Assembly (NCBI GenBank): GCA_000708835.1
Contig: DF237411.1
Location: 10,937 to 74,936 of the forward strand
Source of the DNA: Klebsormidium nitens
Lineage: Eukaryota; Plantae; Klebsormidiophyceae
Length of the DNA: 64,000 bases
Direction: 5' to 3'
Position 1 is the first letter of the stretch, and each line of letters begins with the position of its first letter. The position numbers were made by a program, and so were the translations under genes. Positions 57,615-64,000 of this stretch are shown one piece after another. The notes below the pieces were generated by a model, which was not told the DNA's origin, made no database searches, and saw only the letters and a list, made by a program, of their open reading frames with translations.

Positions 57615-60600
57615 ATGGCTGCTGTCATGATGGAGGATCCCAGCTTGGGCCAACCGGCAGAGGCAGAGTCCGCCAGTCTTCATTTGCAGGACATGGAGAT
57701 GGCGTACAAAATGCAGCTCCATGAAGTCCTCCTAGCTTCATCACATACGGCTACACAGAACGGCATACCTGCAGGAATTGACGACTACACAAGAGAGATA
57801 CTGGATGTCGAAGTTGAGACACAGGAGCAGCAGGAAGCCCTGCGGCGGCAAACCGAGGAGGTTGAGCGGTGGGCATCTCGTGACTGTCTGCTCTATAGTA
57901 GGGAAATGCCATGCACTGGCAAATGCTGTTGCCTGCTTTTGTCTAGAAACTTTGAGCTACCAGAAAATGACTTGTTCTGCTGTTCTGACTTCATGTTTTG
58001 GAAGACTGGGATGTTTCAGAGACCTGCGAGTTGCTACTTGATATTTGACAATCTCTCCGTGACTTCTTTTGCCGGTTTATCATTCTACTGCATCACAAAA
58101 CAATGTTCAAGTTTCTTTCCAAGTGACAATGCAGTATTCGGGAGACAGGCATATGAAGCCAACTTTTGAATGTACTGTCAGATCAAACAAACAAGCTGGC
58201 AAGTAAAAGACAGAACCGTCAAGTTAGGCGTACAGTCCCAGAACCTATGTCTCATACCTGCTCTGTTGACGGAGTATCAAGTGACCTCTTGTCATGACCC
58301 TGCACCAGTGAATTGCAGAGCACGTGAAGCAACTGCAGGGGAAAGAGCTGCCGCAGCTGCTAGGCAAGAGGCAGCGATGCAGTACAGGCTGGAGAAGAGC
58401 GACGCCAATTTTGCAAGGTGAGTCAGTGCTGACCGTTTTGAAACTGCATGTGGAAAGTGCCTTGGCATACAGGTCCTTGATGTGATTGTTGAGGTTGTGA
58501 ATAAAAGACAGACAGGTGCGCTGAGCATCTTGCCTGGCTTCTTTGTTAGCCTCTCTCAGATGGAACTGAAGATGCGGGTGAAGAGAGACATTAGAGCAAT
58601 GGACCTAGTTCCAAGCTTCTTTATGGGTGCTTCTAAGGGCTAATAAGCATGTTCTTGGCAGATTGAATGAGACGGGTTTGGTCTGTCACATCCATTAGGT
58701 TTTAAGGTAGACATTTAAGAGACAAGCGGCAGGAGATGTCATTGCTCCTCATTGTCACTGCTATGCAAAGTACAATCGTCCTTGCATTGGCACCTACTCG
58801 CTCTTTCCCAACAGTTCCCTTTTGACACTCTTAAAACACATCTCCTTAGCACTTGACCTTCGATTCTTATTTGGATTTTGCCACTTCCTCCCAGGTACCT
58901 TGACGAACTATCCGACAGCGAGTGGGAGGACTATGGAGACATGTACGACATCCACTCACTCCCTCCAGAAGAGCGCGACTTTCCGGAGCAAGTGCAGCTG
59001 CGCTGCCTAGGCATTGCCGAAAACGACCGTGCCGGCGCAGGGGCCCTTCTGATTGGCAGCAACGACCAGCCCTTGATGGAGCTCAGTCCTCAGCTAGAGG
59101 GTGTTCACACCGCGTGCACCGCAGAGCTGCAAGTTATCTTGGAAGGCCTGCGAGCCGTTCGTGCGCTCGGTTTCCAGCGGCCCAGGCTAGCCCTCTCCCC
59201 GTTTGTCCTGCTGAAGCTCTCCGGAAGCGTGGCGCCTATCGATGCCACTGAGCTGTCCACTCTAGTTGCCGTCCAGGGGCTGATCGCTGAGCTTGGGGCA
59301 AATGTGAAGGGCGTCCCAATCGAACGGAACAAGCGCGCTCTCAGGCTCGCCAGGACGAGCATTGCCAAATATGTGAACGAGCCCCCACCTGTTCTTAGCC
59401 ATCCAGTCCTGCCTGACGAAGCGAAGGGGGTTCAAGAGCCCTGCCCAATCTGTCTGGAGAACCACCCCCCCGCCGCAATGTTCGCCCTCGCGCGCTGCCG
59501 CCACAAGTTCTGCAAGGCCTGCGCGGCACAGCACGCAACGGTGCGGGTGCGCGCGCGCGCCCTCCCGGTGCCCTGCCCGGACCCAGGGTGCGGCGGCGAG
59601 TTCTCCCGTGAGGACTGCGAAGTCGTCCTCCCGCCCGACGTGTTCGGACTGCTGCTGGACGTCCAAGCCGAAAACTGCATCCCGGGGGAGGAGCGCGTGT
59701 ACTGCCCCTACAAGGACTGCAGCGTGATGATGTCAGCGGGAGACTGGGGGGGAGCGGATGCGCCGAGCTCGTCTTCGCACCCGCATCGGACGGCCGTTGG
59801 GCGGGTGGATTGCGTAAATTGCCGGCGGCCCTTCTGCCTGGAGTGCCGGGTTCCGTGGCATCAGCGGATGACCTGCCGTCAGTACCAGGTGAGGGGACAG
59901 CGTGCGGCAGACTTGGGTCTTCTTAATGAGACAGCATTTCCAGTGCCTGGGAGACTGCGTTTGGCGAATAGTCTGTCAGTAGTGTATGAATGGCTGTGAT
60001 TTGTTGAACATGATTCCACTGAGTGAGGAATGTAGCAAATTGCCTCCAAGCTTGCTTATTCACCTCGCCATCAACTCTGTACACGGAACAATAGACGTCT
60101 CCTGGTCGGACAAGATGAGATTCTTGTCCGACCAGGAATCTCATCTGAATGAGGAATCCGACGTTGGCTTTCTTGGCTTATTTCCAGGCTTCGCTGGTAC
60201 CTCTTTTCAGCCGATCATTCGCATCATAAAAGCATTGCTTCCTACTTCGTCAATTGGCCAAGAATCTTTTGCGTTTCCAGCCAGACAAGGATAGTATGAC
60301 CGTAAGTCCGTGTTTCTTTTCGTGACCGATACTACCTTTCCTTGTCAGTCAGCTGTGTAGATTTGCGTTGTGTCCTTCCCAACTTGAATGTTGGGGTTCC
60401 GAATAGGCACTTTGCAAAGCTCCCGGGGCCGCTCTATGACATGGCCTCGATACTAAGGTCTTTTTACCGTCCCCCGCCACACCTTCCGCAGGACCTGCCC
60501 CCCGACCAGCGTGCGATTGAAGACGTGAAGCTGCACAACCTGGCCGCAGAGAAGCAGTGGAAACAGTGCCCCGCCTGCCGCCGCATGATCGAGCTAGCCG

Positions 60601-60896
60601 AGGGGTGCAACCACATGACCTGTGTGTGCGGCACCGAGTTCTGCTACGTGTGCGCGATGCTCTGGCGCGGCGGGCGGGCCACATGCGAGTGCCCGCTCTT
60701 CGATGACGTGGCGGAGGAGAACGAGGAGCAGGTTCGGCATGACTACGAGGCGGACCGCAGGCGCAGGCTCGTAAGAGCATATAAGACGAGGTTGTGTGTG
60801 CATTACATGAGGGGGCATTGTCGGAACGGGGACTGGTGCCGGTTTGCGCATGGGGAGAATGAGCTGAGGTATCCCGAAGACAATATGGAGGACTAG
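57615..60896 (+). CDS. RBR (RING-IBR-RING) E3 ubiquitin ligase with an RNase H-like domain (RSL1-like) and a C-terminal CCCH zinc finger
   Basis: Exons ~57615-57867, ~58320-58418, ~58896-59888 and ~60492-60896. RNase H-like GAGALL...AELQVILEGL; RING1 CPIC...CRHKFCKAC...CPDPGC; IBR CPYKDC...CVNCRRPFCLECRVPWH...C; RING2 CPAC...GCNHMTCVCGTEFCYVC; CCCH YKTRLCVHYMRGHCRNGDWCRFAHG. Confidence 0.92.
60101..60146. repeat. Interlocked double inverted repeat in the last RBR intron
   Basis: cctggtcggacaaga (60101-60115) pairs with tcttgtccgaccagg (60122-60136). agatgagattc (60113-60123) pairs with gaatctcatct (60136-60146). Confidence 0.85.
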
Positions 60897-61896
60897 CAGG
60901 TGTATAGCGAGTTCAATTTTCATGGCAATTAGAAGGTGATGGAACGAGCTGACAAGAGATCGGTGACCCAAGAGAAGTGTGTCATGCGCAGCTCGAGGAG
61001 AATCAGTCGGATGCATGCAGACTGCTTCATGAAAGCTGCAACTGACCGCTTACAACATGACTTGAAGCGAGACTCTAATTCACAGACAATTTGTTCGGCA
61101 TGCATACGGTACGTCTCACATACACGTGGACTTGCAATGATAAGTGAGCTCTGTTGGTGGAGTTAATGAAGCGCATGTAAGCTATAGACAAATAACAAAA
61201 TCGAAAGCCGTGTCATGAATGGCAAAACATTTTCATGTTGGCAGGCATGCAAAAATAAATGAAGGTGCGCACCTGGGCCGTCCATGCCACCAGCTATTCG
61301 TTTGTATAGAGTGATATGACGCAGACGGTACAATATGCGGCGCAAATGTTGATTGATAGAGGAGACAGCAACGTACCAGCTTGACAAGGAAAGCTGGGTA
61401 CTTTGATAATCCGTACTTAATGCATTTGGGACAGTTTTACGAAGCTGCACACTTGTGCGGAGCGCAAGTAATGATCGAACTCGGAAACAGCAGCCGCCAT
61501 AGTGAGTTGCTACATGTGCCCTTATAGCCTTTTCAAAAGCGAGGTGTACATTTTGATTAGTTATGAGGATCACACGAGAATGCACAATTTCGTGTCGCGG
61601 GGCCGCAGATTCGGAACCGTTGCAGAGGTAGTAACATGTTCCGAGAGGTTTGAAGCACGTAGATCGTAGCCTGTCGACCAACGGATGCACGAGTTGGCAT
61701 TTCCTTTCACACGTGCGCTTCTAAGATATACAGCTCTGAGTAATTCTGACGCTGACGCTCTATGGAGAGGCTATGGAGAGCTTCTACAAGATCCATCTAC
61801 GCGAAAAAGCTGCCCTTCGCATGCCTCATGCACCCGTTAATAAAATGGCTTCTATCGTTTCACGGCTGGTTCATTATCAAAGGACATTGGTCGCAT

Positions 61897-63489
61897 TCAG
61901 TGTCCGAAAGGTTTTGCTCCTTTCGGAAGACAGTGATCCTTGTGCGCTGGCCAATGAAGCTTCTGGTGCTCTTTGCTGGAGAAAACAGACGTCAGACGTT
62001 AAATAGTATTCCTGCCAAGATGTTCTTCTTAAGTCCATGGTTGATCAGGCGCTTGTTGAGAAAAGTTTCAAGAGGGTTCGATAAGAAACATTGCTTGAAG
62101 CTTAGGGTCAGAATTTGACTTGGTTCGTCAATATAACCACAGGTGTTGATGCCAGCGACCATAAATATCCTTCCGCGCATCTCGAAAGAGAAACAGCTTC
62201 TAGAGATACAATCCTCTTCAAGCAAGCCGAATGGATGCATGACGGAAACGTTTGAAGACTCCATCGATTGGTTCATTGTTGACTCACCTGCAGTATGGTA
62301 CCACACCGCATCGCCCGCACTTACTGAAAGTTGGTGTTGAGACCGATTCTAAAGCAGTACAACCGCTCCACGAGCAGACCGTAGGAATAGCAAAGTCGGC
62401 TCTTCTCAGCGACTTCAATATGGGGTGTAATTCTGCCAGAGCCTCTATTTTGCTGTACGCGTCATCCAGCAGCTTGCTCTCAACGTGCCTCCAGAAGTTA
62501 GGAAGCTTATTGTCCAACAGACTGGAGTATGGTTTCAGAAGCGAGAGCACATCAGTCTCCCTCATAGCTTTTAAACACTCCTTTGACTCGAACAACCGCA
62601 ACAGCGAGAGAGCACATCTGTTTACCACTTGTTCCTTCGTTTCGTTGGTGAGCCTCTCGGAACGGAAGAGCTCTGCCAAAACTTGAAGATACCCTGCATT
62701 GATCATCCATACTCGGCTGTCCGATGAGAGTGCTAAAGTTTCAATGAGTCTGGCCAGTGACTCCGTTGACGCGTAGAGGTCGTCCTCGCTTAAAAAGATG
62801 TAGTCCTCCGAAAACAGCCTTTGGACCGCAGGTAGCAGATTCATGTGGATTGCTTGCATGCATTGCCGAAACACCTTCGATGCGTGCGCAAAACTGCAGA
62901 TACCTTGAAGAGTACAAATGATCTCTCGGGGAAAAGCGCTGACCACCTCAATGCGCGCTACAGATTTCTGGAGAGAACGCGCCAGCTTCTCAACAAAGCT
63001 GTGTTCTGTCAGGCACATTTGCGCTACTACCTTGCTGTTTATCAACCTCGAGAGGACCAGGATTGAAGTAGCCTGATGTTGAGGATCTTTTGTATGTGGA
63101 ATGAGCATAGGTGTCACGACCTGCCCTGGACTTGTATGCGCGAAAAGCCATTCGCTGACAGCTTTGAGGCATGCACTACTGAAGGCTTTGGATTTGGAGT
63201 CCTCCTCTTGAAGCAACAGCGTGGTCAGCTTCTTGATGACTGAACCCTGTCTGTAGATGGCCAGCTCTTGCATAGCTCTGGCAAAGCGCACACCCTCGCT
63301 TTGCGAATCGCGCGAATCCAACCAGCCATCCTGAAGAACCTGCAAGGCCTCCATGAACTTCCAAGGATCGTCAGAGAGGAATCCAGACGCACAGGTCTGC
63401 ACATCCATGCTCGTCTTGGCTCCGCACCTTTCCAGTGGAGTGAAATCTCTTTGCAATGCCCAGCAAAACGCTTGAGCAATTTTCCTCAA
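61897..63489 (-). CDS. Helical (ARM-like) protein with a C-terminal MYND zinc finger; start uncertain
   Basis: 401-codon ORF ending CSWSGC...CGRCGVVPYC, spliced (AG|GTGAG ... CAG|C) to exon 61975-61897 SKEHQKLHWPAHKDHC...GH*, which completes the MYND motif. The track start is TTG; the first ATG is near 63408. Confidence 0.82.
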
Positions 63490-63639
63490 GTGGCCTCTAG
63501 TCTATGCTACCTGGTTACAGGGCTTCACTCTGAAGAGAAAAGGCGCGCATGCGCCGAGAAACCGAGGTCGTGCGCCTCGCAGACACCAAATGATATCAGA
63601 TCTGTTGTCACAGTTGAAAAGGCACCTTTTTGGAATCCT

Positions 63640-64000
63640 CGGTCCTTAGGAGCCATTGGAGCTAACAAATTCAAGAACAGAAGTCCCCTCCCGCATGAAA
63701 TCAGGAAACTCAAGGACTCCTCACTTATCCTTAGAATCACTCAAGAAATCCACTCCAGATCAGGGGCAACGACAATTACCCATGTAAAGGCACACCAACA
63801 AAAAAACCAAAGAAAAGCGGCCACAGAAATAGAACGACACCAATCCTGCAACCACGTTGCAGATCAGGCGGCAAAAGCGAGCCTGCAAAATCAAACCCCC
63901 TTCATTCCAGACGAAACAACACACCTCCCTGCCGTAACAATACTCACGGCCAACAGTTGGTTATCTGAAGGACCGAAACACATTTTCGAAAACAGTCCTC
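63640..64000 (+). mobile_element. RNase H region of a probable non-LTR retrotransposon, running off the right edge
   Basis: An open frame not listed in the track (no stop before the edge) reads SLGAIG...LILRITQEIHSRSGATTITHVKAHQQ...SCNHVADQAAKA. This matches the RNase H C-terminal HVKxH...NxxAD.xAK motif. There is an abrupt shift to A/C-rich composition near 63660. Confidence 0.6.

Noticed and set aside
61163-61690. 175-aa minus-strand ORF
   Set aside because: It lies in the TGCA-rich zone between convergent 3' ends and has no protein-like motifs.

Overview
This is intron-rich eukaryotic nuclear DNA. The gene families are land-plant-like and the introns are canonical GT-AG, so a streptophyte alga such as Klebsormidium is my inference, not something the sequence proves. 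I reconstructed about 12 protein-coding genes across introns: an LHT amino-acid transporter (partial), a monoacylglycerol lipase-type hydrolase, an F-box protein, a conserved green-plant protein of unknown function, a DUF1764 protein, an ARM protein, RPAC2, a USP4/15-type ubiquitin protease, a plastid ICMT-like membrane protein, AP-5 mu, an RBR E3 ligase with a CCCH finger and a MYND protein. One further minus-strand gene is unresolved. The right edge holds a probable non-LTR retrotransposon RNase H fragment. Two things stand out. (1) Four unrelated genes carry degenerate tandem duplications that straddle a splice junction. Twelve of the 16 measured spacings are 138-164 bp (146, 148, 143; 138; 160, 146; 147, 147, 160; 162, 164, 160), which is nucleosome-sized; the others are 186, 74, 55 and 54 bp. 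(2) A 275-nt tRNA-like Pol III gene at 30900-31174 has a perfect acceptor stem, D arm and T arm, but its anticodon region is interrupted by about 200 nt of tandem repeats. Coordinates were counted by hand and no database searches were run.
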